Source: the human T2T-CHM13v2.0 reference genome, Homo sapiens. From it: a stretch of 64,000 nucleotides of DNA. The stretch lies in the NCBI RefSeq assembly GCF_009914755.1, contig NC_060943.1; one strand, 5' to 3'. Shown piece after piece: positions 1 through 18,884 of this stretch (within the stretch, counting starts at the first letter, position 1; each line of letters starts with the position of its first letter). The notes under the pieces were generated by a model. That model saw nothing but the letters and a program-made list of their open reading frames with translations. It made no database searches and had not been told where the DNA came from. The position numbers and the translations under genes were made by a program.

Positions 1-128
1 GTATTCTTAGTAGAGACGGGGTTTCGACATGTTGACCAGGCTGGTCTCAAACTCCAGACCTCAGGTGATCCACCTGCCTCAGCCTCCCAAAGTGCTGGGA
101 TTACAAACGTGAGCCACCACGCTCAGCC
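1..128 (-). mobile_element. Alu (partial at window edge)
   Basis: cctcccaaagtgctgggattaca Alu signature. Confidence 0.9.
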
Positions 129-996
129 TGAATGCCCTAATTTCTGAGGGAAATTGTTCTCTCCTTTTTTATTCCCAGGACTTAGATGTTCTACCATATG
201 TCTTAATCATAATTTGTTGTCCCAGTTGTTTGAAGGTTTTTTATGTATTTTGCAACAATTTGAAGCAGTTCCTGCCAAGCTTGACCTAATTAGGCTCCAT
301 CATTGATTAAATAAAAAAGAGAACTTTCTTTCAGACCTTTGGATAGTCCACAGATGGATTGAAAAATACAAAGGTGCAATAACTTACAAATAAGATCTGA
401 TCTGCTCTCTCTAGGGATCCACATTGGAAATTTGGTCTGCTGTTTTCAAGACTGGTGCTGATGTGAGGAGGGATTGGGACAAGGACAAATAAAAACTCCA
501 CAAAACTTTCCTACTATTTGTCACCTTCCTTATTCTATTTGTTTATCTCTGTGTTAATAGTACAGGGTACTGAATATAATATATTCACCATACTTTATCT
601 GTTTTTGGAAAGCTGTTGCTTTCTTGGTTAGAAGGATTTTAGCATTTTTAGATGTTTGTGACTTCTATTAGATTTGGTCATGTAATTTTTAATGATGACA
701 AAAAGGTCTGTTTAGGGATTTAGGGAAATATTATAGATATTCATGAGAGATGACATTGAGTTTTTTTCTAAGAACATATGCAATCTTGGCCCTTCTTTTC
801 TTCTTTGACATTACTTAATAAAGTTTAATTTTTCCATTGGGATGGTAAAATATCCTTATTAGTCTTTTGTCATACTTAACTACATATGTTCTACAGTAAA
901 CCAGTTGCTAGCTTCCAAATGTTCTCTCTTAGTGTAGTCACATAGCACAGGCTAAATCCCCCAAGGCACAAGGGTCACTCATTACAGACACAGTGA

Positions 997-1310
<314 letters not shown>

Positions 1311-1745
1311 TCAGAGTGTTTTTTTCATGGCTTAGTCTGTTTTTTGTTGCTTATAACAGAATACTTTAACCTGGGTAATTTATAAGAAATGATATTTATT
1401 TTTTACACTTCTGGAGGGTGGGAAGCCCAGCATCAAGGCTGGGCATCTGGTGAGAGCCTTCTTGCTGGTAACTCTCTTTTGCACAATAGGTAGTAGGACT
1501 TTGTCATGACAAGAACTGCAGACCCACTGTAGAAATAGAAATGAGGAGTGATTCAGGCAATAAGACTCACTTTCTTAACTTACCAACAAGAGGCGTGTTC
1601 CTATTCAACTGTTACTTTACAAAACATGTTCATTTCTAGGATCAGAATTGTGTGGGATAAAATGAGTGTAAAGAGAGAATAAGAGTGGGTTTACCATGTT
1701 CTTGAATAAATGCTTGGAAACCACAGCATCATGTGAAGGTTATGA

Positions 1746-2425
<680 letters not shown>

Positions 2426-2530
2426 TAGTTTGGTGTGTGAATCATGCATGATTGTAGTGTACATAAAATCTTACAGTCTTTCTATAATTTTATAATAATT
2501 TATAGTCATTTTTCTGGTTCTAACTTTTAG

Positions 2531-2594
2531 GAATGATATGGCAAAATCATGATATAGAAGAAGATCAGTACAAAGATCTCAGAAGAAATCTAAG
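2531..2594 (+). CDS. ZNF441: ZNF441 short KRAB-B-type exon (64 bp)
   Basis: ttttag|GA acceptor, AAG|gtaatt donor; (G)MIWQNHDIEEDQYKDLRRNL(R); phases fit the flanking exons. Confidence 0.92.
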
Positions 2595-2654
2595 GTAATT
2601 TGCACTCACAAGAGAAAGCTGTGTCCTTGAAGTGATTCATAGTATGCCAGAAAT

Positions 2655-2959
2655 TTTATTTTATTTTGTTTGTTTTAGAGACAGTGTCTCACTTTGTTGC
2701 TCAGGCTGGAGTACAGTGGTATGATCATAGCTCGCTGTAGCCTCGGACTCCTGTGCTCAATGGTCCTCCCATTTCAACCTCCTGAGTAGCTAGGGTTACA
2801 GGCATGCACCACCACATGTGGCTACATATTTAGTTTTTGTAGAGATAGAGTCTTGCTGTGTTTGACCAGACTCATCTCCAGCTCCTGTCCTTAAGCGTTC
2901 CTCCTGCCTTGGCCTCTCAAAAGGCAGGTATTGCAGGCATGAGCCACTGTGACCAGCCC
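2655..2959 (-). mobile_element. AluJ
   Basis: Diverged dimer with J-type features. Confidence 0.85.
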
Positions 2960-3239
2960 AAAATTTTAAAAAGAAGCAAGGAAAATTAACAAGCCCACCT
3001 TAAATTTATTTATTCTTAGAAAATTTTCTTCAAAAACATATACTTAAATGTGACATGGCTATGGCTATTCAGTGCCTGCAAAATAGTTCCCTTGGAAACA
3101 GTATTAAGAATTCCCATATGAATGTCACTATCTTCAAAACAGCTGGGGTTGAGTTACCTTGTACATCATTCTGTCCATTCATGTTCAAAGAGGGCATGAG
3201 ACCTACACTTTGCATGATAATGTTAGAAATGTAAATCCA

Positions 3240-4173
<934 letters not shown>

Positions 4174-4219
4174 TCATTTATAAACAAACCTTTACTAATG
4201 TACTTCTTATTTTTTACAG

Positions 4220-6107
4220 ATGTCATATGGTAGAGAGAGCCTGTGAAATTAAAGATAATAGTCAATGTGGAGGACCCTTTACCCAGACTCAAGACAGTAT
4301 TGTGAACGAGAAAATACCTGGAGTAGATCCATGGGAAAGCAGTGAGTGTACAGACGTCCTCATGGGTCGTTCATCTCTTAATTGCTACATTAGAGTTGAC
4401 AGTGAACACAAACCATGTGAGTATCAAGAATATGGAGAGAAGCCATATACACATACACAATGTGGGACAGCTTTCAGTTATCAGCCCTGCTTTCAAATAC
4501 ATGAAAGACCTCAGCATGGAAAGAAACTCTATGATTGTAAGGAATGTGCAAGCTTCAGTTCTCTTGAAAACCTTCAAAGACACATGGCAGCACACCATGG
4601 AGATGGACCTCGTATATGTAAGTTGTGTGGAAACGCCTTTATTTGGCCTAGTTTATTTCATATGCTTAGAAGAACTCACACTGAAGAGAAACCATATGAA
4701 TATGAGCAGTGTTCTACAGCGTTTCCTGCTTATAGTTCCACTCTAAGACATGAAAGAACACACAGTGGAGAGAAACCCTATCAATGTAAACAATGTGGGA
4801 AAGCCTTCAGTTGTTCCTGTTACACTCAACTATATGAAAGGACTCACACTGGAGAACAATCCTATGAATGTAAGCAATGTGGGAAAGCATTTTATCATCT
4901 TGGAAGCTTTCAAAGACACATGATAGTGCACACTGGAGATGGGCCTCATAAATGTAAGATATGTGGAAAAGGCTTTCTTTCTCCCAGTTCAGTTCGAAGA
5001 CATAAAAGAACTCACACTGGAGAGAAACCGTATGAATGTAAGTATTGTGGGAAAGCATTCTCTGATTGCACAGGTTTTCGAAGACACATGATAACGCACA
5101 CTGGAGATGGACCTCATAAATGCAAGGTATGTGGGAAAGCCTTTGATTCTCCCAGTTTATGTCGAAGGCATGAAACAACTCATACTGGGGAGAAACCCTA
5201 TAAATGTGAATGTGGGAAAGCCTTTAGTGATTTCTATTACTTTCGAAATCATGAAACTACTCACACTGGAGAGAAGCCATATAAATGTAAACAATGTGGA
5301 AAAGCCTTCATTTGTTGCACTTACCTTCAAATACATGAAAGAATTCACACTGGGGAGAGACCCTATAAATGTAAACAATGCGGAAAAGCCTTCAGGTCTT
5401 CCAATTACATTCGAGTACATGAAAAGACTCACACTGGAGAAAAGCCCTATGAATGTAAGCAGTGTGGAAAAGCACTTTCTCATCTGAAAAGCTTTCAGAG
5501 ACACATGATAATGCACACTGGAGATGGACCTCATAAATGTAAGATATGTGGGAAAAGCTTTGATTCTCCCAGTTCATTTCGAAGACATGAAAGAATTCAC
5601 ACTGGGGAGAGACCCTATAAGTGTAAACTATGTGGGAAAGGCTTCAGGTCTTCCAGTTACATTCAACTACATGAAAGGACTCACACTGGAGAGAAACCCT
5701 ATGGTTGTCAGCAATGTGGGAAAGCATTATCTGATCTCTCAAGCTTTCGAAGACACATGATAACACATACTGGAAATGGACCTCATAAATGTAAGATATG
5801 TGGGAAAGGCTTTGATTATCCCAGTTCAGTGCAAAGACATGAAAGAACTCACACTGGAGAGAAACCCTATGAATGCAAGGAATGTGGTAAAGCCTTCAGT
5901 CATTCAAGTTACTTACGAATACACGAAAGAGTTCATACTGGAGAGAAGCCGTATAAATGTAAGGAATGTGGGAAACCATTCCATTGTCCCAGTGCCTTTC
6001 ATAAACATGAAAGGACCCACAGTATGGAGAAACCCTATAAGTGTAAAGAATGTGGGGAAGCATTTCATTGTATCAGTTCCTTTCATAAACATGAAATGAC
6101 TCACTAG
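4220..6107 (+). CDS. ZNF441: ZNF441 zinc-finger exon, about 20 finger units (14 canonical C2H2)
   Basis: ttacag|A acceptor; ORF 4227..6107; 3+127+64+1888 nt gives 693 aa; TGEKP and GDGP linkers; TAG stop. Confidence 0.95.
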
Positions 6108-6508
<401 letters not shown>

Positions 6509-6760
6509 CAGTCTTCTCTAGTTTCTGAGGTGAATTGATTCCAGCACCCTCAGGAATACCTATATTCAGAGATATTCAAGTCCCTGATATTAAAAACAGC
6601 ATATTTGCATATAATCTAGGCACATTTTTCTGTATATCTTAAATCATTTCTAGATTACTTATAATACACAATGCATTGTAAATTCTGTATAAGTTGCTTT
6701 TGTATTATTTAGGGAATCATGACAAGAAAAAAGTCTACATGTTCAGTACAAATACAACTG
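6509..6760. mobile_element. MER2 (TcMar-Tigger) arm
   Basis: TA + CAGTC terminus; aaatcatttctagattacttataatac and gacaagaaaaaagtctacatgttcagtac resemble MER2 as I recall it. Confidence 0.75.
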
Positions 6761-7030
6761 TCATTCATTGTCCTAAGTACGTGTACATGTCAGCAACAAT
6801 GTCAGGATCTGTGGAGTTTGCGAGTATAAGATCTTTAAGTGTTGAAGGTTTCATCTCCATAATTGCAGCTGCTTTAGCTACAAATATTATAGGAAGCTGT
6901 TCCTTCTTTTTCTTTACATCACCAAACCTTCCAGTGGTTATAGGCATTTTGTTATCCTTCAAGTGACCTGGAGCCTTTGTTGCATGACAGGATTGTACCT
7001 GAAGATCACATTCTTTAACAATTGGACCTA

Positions 7031-8258
7031 CTGAATCTGTAAAACTACTAGAAGAAAACATATTGAAAATACTTCAGGACATTGGTTTAGGCAAAGATTT
7101 TATGGCTAATACCTCAAAGCACAGACAACAAAGATAAAAATAGACAAATGAGACTATCTTACACTAAAAAGTAGCTGTGCAAAGTAAAGGGAACAACAAG
7201 AGTGCAGAGAAAACCTGTTGAATATGAGAGAATATTTGCAAACTATGCGACAAGGGACTAATATCCAAATATACAAGGAACTCAAACATCTCAACAGCAA
7301 AAAATATAAATAATCCCATTAAAGTGGGAAAAGGATGTGAACAGACAGTTCTCAAAAGAAGACATGCAAATGGCCAAAAAGTATATGGAAATATGTTCAA
7401 CATCACTAATGATTAGGAAAATGCAAATTGAAACCACAATGAGATACTCTACTTAGAATTGTTCTTACTAAAAAAGATAAAAAACAACAAATGCTGATGA
7501 GGATGTGGAGAAAAGAAAACTTTCACTGTTGGTGAAAGTATAAATTAGAACAACTACTGTGGAAAACAGTATGTAGATTTCTCAAAAACCTAAAAATAGA
7601 ACCACCACATGATCCAGCAAACCAAGTATAACCACAGGAAAAGAAATCAGTATATCAAAGAGATACTTGCACTTGCATATTTATCACAGCACTATTCATG
7701 ATAACAAAGATATGGAATTAACCTAAGCATCCATCAGTGGACACAGGGATAAAGAAAATGTTTATGTACACAGTGGAATACTATTTGGCCATAAAAAAGA
7801 GTAAAATGTTATTGCTAACAACATGGATGGAACTTGAGGTCATTATGGTAAGTGAAATAAGCCAGGCACAGAAAGACAAATACCACATGTTCTCACTTAT
7901 ATGTGGGAGGTGAAAAACTTCACCTCATGGAGATAGGGAATAGAATAAGTTATCCGGGGCTGAGAAGGGGAAATGAAGAGAAATTGGTGAATATGTACAA
8001 ATTTCCATTTAGATCAAAGGAATAAGTTCTGATGTTAGAAAGCATACTAGAGTGAACTATAGTTAGCAAAAATATATTGCATATTTCAAAGTAGTTGGAA
8101 GAGAGGACTTGAAATGTTACCAACACATAGAAGTGGTAAATACTCAAGATCATGGATACCCCAAATACGCTGACTTGACCATTACACATTCTATGCATGC
8201 AAGAAATGCTCATGTGTACCTTATATATATGTAAAATATGTATCAATAAAAGAAAATA
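7031..8258 (+). mobile_element. 5'-truncated L1 (L1MA-like): ORF2 end, 3' UTR and poly(A) signal
   Basis: aaaactactagaagaaaaca, ggacattggtttaggcaaaga, catgttctcacttatatgtgggag; AATAAA at 8245-8250 followed by an A-rich tail. Confidence 0.85.
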
Positions 8259-8289
8259 TATAAGATAGTTTTAAAATAACACTATTGTC

Positions 8290-8940
8290 AGGTGTCTGTG
8301 GGCTGAGGAACAGCCTAAGGTGTAAACTTAAGTTCTTCTCAGGTCTTTTCTTAGTTGCACCTGTCCCTGGGCATGTGTGGTAACTGTCTAATTTTCTCTG
8401 CATGTATGGTTATTTTTGCACAACCTAATCTTCAGTGGCTCTCAAAAGGAGAGGAATAAAAGCATTAAGGGAAAAATAAAAGGCACCAGCCTGGAAGTCA
8501 CTTCAGATGGAGGGGAAGGGCCTTCAAAAAATGGAGAGAGATGCAGCAGCAACAGTCACCACCACTTCTTTGTCTGTAACTCTGTGATCAGAAGCAACAA
8601 TTATCAAGCAGTGCGCAGATCCCCAATATTTGGAAGACAGGTCCTTTTTGTCCACCCTGGCCCCCCAAAACTGCATGCAGACTGCTGTTAGAACTTATGC
8701 ATAGCTACCTGTCATGGAGCTGAGGAGGGGGAATGAGTCAGGGCTGCTGACTCAACTAAGAGTTGAAATTGACCGAAATTAACCCAATTTTATTAGCCAA
8801 TTATTTCCCTGGAAGCTGCAAGCTTTTAATAGTATCCGCAGTTTCAAAATAGCTACATGAGTTGGATTCTGCCAATGCAAATCCAGGTGGGGGATACAGA
8901 TTCTTCATGCTTTTTATTCTGCCATCTTCCTTGAATCCTC
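8290..8940 (-). mobile_element. Old L1 5' UTR-like fragment
   Basis: Ends in attctgccatcttcc (reverse complement of the aagatggc L1 start); diverged. Confidence 0.4.
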
Positions 8941-9183
8941 TGACCTGACTTTTTATACTAATACATTACTTCAGGTCCCATCCCACATGTCACCTCCTCA
9001 GCAAGTCTTTCTGTCACCTCAGTTACTCCTTTCCATATATACATTTTTTTTAATACACTTTTCAGAGTCAGGGAAATCCGATTAGGTTCACAGACTTTAC
9101 TGCTTTCTTAACAACCTATGAAAAGTCAAATCATATAAATGAACCAAACTGAATAGTGTCACTGTTACTTTTATGAAGTGTTA

Positions 9184-10713
<1,530 letters not shown>

Positions 10714-11189
10714 TTATTGATGTATTTTTCTCAAACTAATAATTATTTTGAAGGGTTTTTTTCCCACCATGTAAACATAACCAACTCCCAGGAGCTTCCA
10801 TGTGTATATGCTTAAATGTATAATATGTGTAAAAGTTCTATCAGACTTAAATCATCCATTTATCACACTTTAAACACCTATGAATGACCAGCCTGGGCAA
10901 CATACCAAGACCTAATTTCTACCAAAAAAATTTTCTTTCTAATGATCCAGGCATAGTGACATGTACCTGTAGTCCTAGCTACTCCAGAGGATGAGGTGGG
11001 AGGATTGCTTGAGCCTAGGAGGTTGAGGCTGCAATGATCCGTGATGGCATCACTGCACTCCAGCCTGGGTGACACAGTGAGACCCTGTCTCAAATAGAAG
11101 AAAATGTCAAATAAGATGAATGTGATTGCTTAAACTCTTCCACACAGAAGAATTTATCAAGATGGTCTTCAGAGGTATATCATGAGGAA

Positions 11190-11370
11190 GCAGTACAGTG
11201 CAATGAGGAAAAAACAACAAAAAACAAGTGAAGGGGGCAGAAGACCTCAATTCTACTCTTTACTCTCTCTAGATGTGAAACAACCTTGGGCAAGTCACTG
11301 CGCCTCTTTGAGCCTGTTATTTCATCTGTAAGAAGCTGAGATAATTAATATATCATAGATAATGTAGTGT
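11190..11370. mobile_element. MIR
   Basis: accttgggcaagtcactgcgcctctttgagcctgttatttcatctgtaa MIR core. Confidence 0.7.
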
Positions 11371-11599
11371 TCTCAGTAGAAACTGAAACAGCACTCTGAG
11401 ATCAAACTCATTAATATTCCTACAACAAAATGAGTAAATACTTGAAACAGAACAAAACAGCCAATAAATAGCCTCTTATTTCTTGATGTCAGGTTCATGC
11501 CTACCTTACAAAATAGAGTTGTCAGAGCTTTTTGGTTCGTAGAACTGAAGAAAAGGGACTGTAGACTCATGGAAGTGTCTAATGTCAGAAAGCCAGATA

Positions 11600-12031
11600 T
11601 GTCAAAGATGAATTTCTGAAATTAAAACATTTTATTTGGGAAGAAATACTTGTAATTCAGGGCATACACACAGACCAAGTGGTCTTTGGTATGTCTTAAA
11701 AACAGAGAACATTGGAGGTTTCATGAAAAGGAGAAGTGTTACATATGGTTCTTCAAGAAAGTTCATTGGCACTAGTAAGGTTTTTGGGAGTTGGAAAGTT
11801 CTGATCGGGAAATGATGGCAATGAGTAAAACTATTCTTAGAGCCACAGCAAGTTGTTTCAGTAACTATTAGATAAAACCGGTTTCAGGATACAACTGGCT
11901 GTTTCAGCAGCTTGGCAGAGAATGACATGCTTGGAGCATTGGTACGTGCCCTGAGTGCTTTTCCCCCTTGGCCTGTTGACTCTTATAGTTGAGTTTGGCA
12001 AGAATGACCCAATTTATGTGATCAACATTCA
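11600..12031 (-). mobile_element. ERV solo LTR (family not assigned)
   Basis: TG..CA bounded ~430 bp, tttatt (antisense poly(A) signal) near the left end. Confidence 0.55.
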
Positions 12032-12429
12032 GTTTGCTAATTCACAACAAAACAATTTTCTGCCACTCCATGACTAATGTTTTTAAATAGCCCTCAGCCT
12101 TTGGCTTGAACTTACCAAAGGACTTTTCAAACTAAACCATGTCCACTCTTTTTTTTTTTTTTTTTTTTTTGAGACGGTCTCGCTCTGTCGCCCAGGCTGG
12201 AGTGCAGTTGTGCAATCATGATTCACTGAAGCCTTGACCTCCTAGGCTCAGGTGATCCTCCTGCCTCAGCCTCCTGAGTAGCTGAGACCACAGGTGCATG
12301 CCACCATGCCCAACTAATTTCTATAGAGACAAAGTTTTGCAGTGTTGCCCAGGCTGGTCTCAGACTGCTGGGCTCAAGCAATCCACCTACCTCAGCCTCT
12401 CAAAGTGCTAGGATTACAGGCATGAGCCA

Positions 12430-15500
<3,071 letters not shown>

Positions 15501-15672
15501 AAGTAAAAAAATGTAAATTTTATTCATATAAGTTTATGTAAGGCCAAGGCACAGTGGCTCACCCCTGTAATCCTAGCAGTTTGGGAGACTGAGGTGGGTG
15601 GATTGCCTGAGCTCAGGAGTTCAGCCTGGGCAACACGGTGAAACCCCGTCTCTAGTAAAATAAAAAAAATTA

Positions 15673-15828
<156 letters not shown>

Positions 15829-16595
15829 TTATGTAGTACTAGTGTAATTTTGTAACATGGATATATTTGCATAGTGGTGAAGACAGGACTTTGAGTGTAT
15901 CCATCACTGGAAAAAAGTACATTGTATTCATTAAGTAATTTCTCATTGTCTCCTCCCTTCCCACTCCCCACCCTTCTAAGTCTCCACTGTCTATTATTTC
16001 ACACTCTATGTTTATGTGTGCACATTACTTAGCTCCCACTTATATGTGAGAACACGCGGTGTTTGTCTTTCTATGTCTGAGTTGTTTCACTTAAGATTGG
16101 GCCTCCACTTCTATTCATATTGCTGCAAAAGATATAATTTTATTCTTTTTATGGCTGAATAGTATTCTATTGTGTATATATAACACATTTTCTTTATCCA
16201 ATCATCTATTGATGGACACTTAGGTTGATTCCATCTGTTTGCTATTGTGAATAGTGCTGTGATAAACATACAAGTATAGGTAGCTTTTTGAAATAATGAT
16301 TTCTTGTTTTTTGGGTAGATACCCAATAGTGGGATTGCTGGATCAAAGGGTAGTTCTATTTTTAGTTCTTTGAGAAATCTCTATACTGTTTTCCATAAAG
16401 ATTGTACTAATTTACATCCCCATCAACAGCATATAAACATTCCCTTTTCTCTGCATCCTCACCAACATCTGTTATTTTTTCCTCTTTTTAATAATAGCCA
16501 TTCTGACTGGCGTAAGATGGTATCTCATTTTGGCTTTAATTTGCATTCCTCTGATGTTAGGGATGCTGAACATTTTTTCATATGCTTGTTAACTA

Positions 16596-17026
<431 letters not shown>

Positions 17027-17214
17027 TGAGCCACCACACCCGGCCCAACCCTGTCTCTTAAAAAAAAAAATTAACTGGGTGTCATGGCATGTGCCTGTAA
17101 TCCCAGCTACTCAGAAGACTGAGGCAGGTGGATCTCTTGAGCCCAGGAATTTGAGTGAGCTAATATTGTACCAGTGAATTCTAGCTTGGGTGACAGAGGG
17201 AGACACTGTCTCTG

Positions 17215-17436
17215 AAAAAAGAAAGGAAAGGAAAGAGAAAGAAGAAAGAGAGAAAGAAAGAAAGAAGAGTGAGAGAGAAAGAAAAGAAAGAAAGAAGAGA
17301 GAGGAAGGAAGGAAGGAAAAGAAAAAGAAAGAGAGAAAGAAAAGAAAGAAAGGAAGGGAAAGGAAAAGGAAAGGAAAGGAAGGAAGAAGGAAGGAAGAAA
17401 GGGGGAGGGAGGGAGAAAAGAAAGGAAGGAAGGAAA
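17215..17436. repeat. Polypurine GAAA/GGAA low-complexity tract (expanded Alu tail)
   Basis: About 220 bp almost entirely A/G directly after an Alu 3' end. Confidence 0.9.
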
Positions 17437-17457
17437 AATGTCTATTTATGTCCTTAG

Positions 17458-17589
<132 letters not shown>

Positions 17590-17646
17590 TGAGTAGCTGG
17601 GATTACAGGCACCTGCCACCACACCCGGCTGATTTTTGTATTTTAG

Positions 17647-17835
<189 letters not shown>

Positions 17836-18368
17836 TAGTGTTTTGTTAATATATAGTTTGCAATTAATTTCTCCCATTCTTCGGGTTATTTGTTCACTTT
17901 ATTGATTATTTATTTTGCTGTGCAGAAGCTTTTCCATTTACTTAAGTCACATTTGTCTATTTTGTTATTGTTGCCTGTGCTTTTGAGGTCTTAATCCGGC
18001 ATTTTTTGCCTAGACCAATGTCCAGAAGAGAATTCCTTAGATTTCCTTCTAGTATTTTTATAGTTTTGGGATTTACATTTAAGTACATTTTGAATTGATT
18101 TTTGTATATGGAGAGAGATCAGGGTCCAGCTTCATTCTTCTCCGTATGGCAATCCAGTGTTCCCAGCACTGTTTATTGAAAAGGGTGTCCTTACCCCAAT
18201 GTATGTTCTTGTTGACTTTGTAAAAAACCAGTTGGATGTAAATATGTGGATTTTGTTCTAGGTTCTCTATTCTGTTTCATTTATTTCTGTGTATATTTTT
18301 ATACCAGTAACATGCTGATTTGATTGCAATAGCCTTGTAGTATAACTTGAAGTTAGGTAATGTGTTGC

Positions 18369-18884
18369 TGTCAGAGGCATTCGAACCAGAGCGACTCCAT
18401 TCTGAGGGCTAGGAAAGTGAGGCTGGGAATTGCTGGGCTTCATTCCCAGAAAGTTAGGCATACCTCGCTTCTAGGTGTTTACAGTTAAAGGAACAAATTA
18501 ATAATGTTTACCAAGACCCAGACTTGGTAGTGTCCAGATATCCCAATATCTGGAGAACAAAGGCATTTCTAATTTTGCTTTAAAGATAATAATATCAATT
18601 CTTGCAAAATATAGTAATTAAGAAAATTAATCCTTTATCATGGACCCTTATAGCAGAGCACATCTGCCCATATATACAAGCATCATTGTACCTAGGGTGG
18701 ATGCGTTCCTCCTCTTACTTACAGAAACATCCAACTCTTTCTGGGGAGTAGCTGTTCTTTCACCACTTTACTTTCTTAATAAACTTGCTTTTACTTTGCA
18801 CTGCAGACTTGCCTTGAACTCTTTCTTGCAGGAAATTCGAAAACCCTCTCTTGGGGTCTGGATTGGGACCCCTGTCCTGTAACA
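18369..18884 (+). mobile_element. MER41-family solo LTR
   Basis: TGTCAGAGGCATTCGAACCAGAGCGACTCCAT start, AATAAA, ...CCTGTAACA end; 4-bp TSD TTGC. Confidence 0.85.

Noticed and set aside
4342-6104. Alternative-frame and antisense ORFs over the finger exons (also 30531-31487 and 55733-58085)
   Set aside because: Shadow ORFs expected from 84-bp finger repeat codon usage; only the ZNF440 tail is joined to a real CDS
6765-7061. Endogenous bornavirus-like element
   Set aside because: No resemblance to bornavirus N as I recall it; the MER2 context favours a transposase origin
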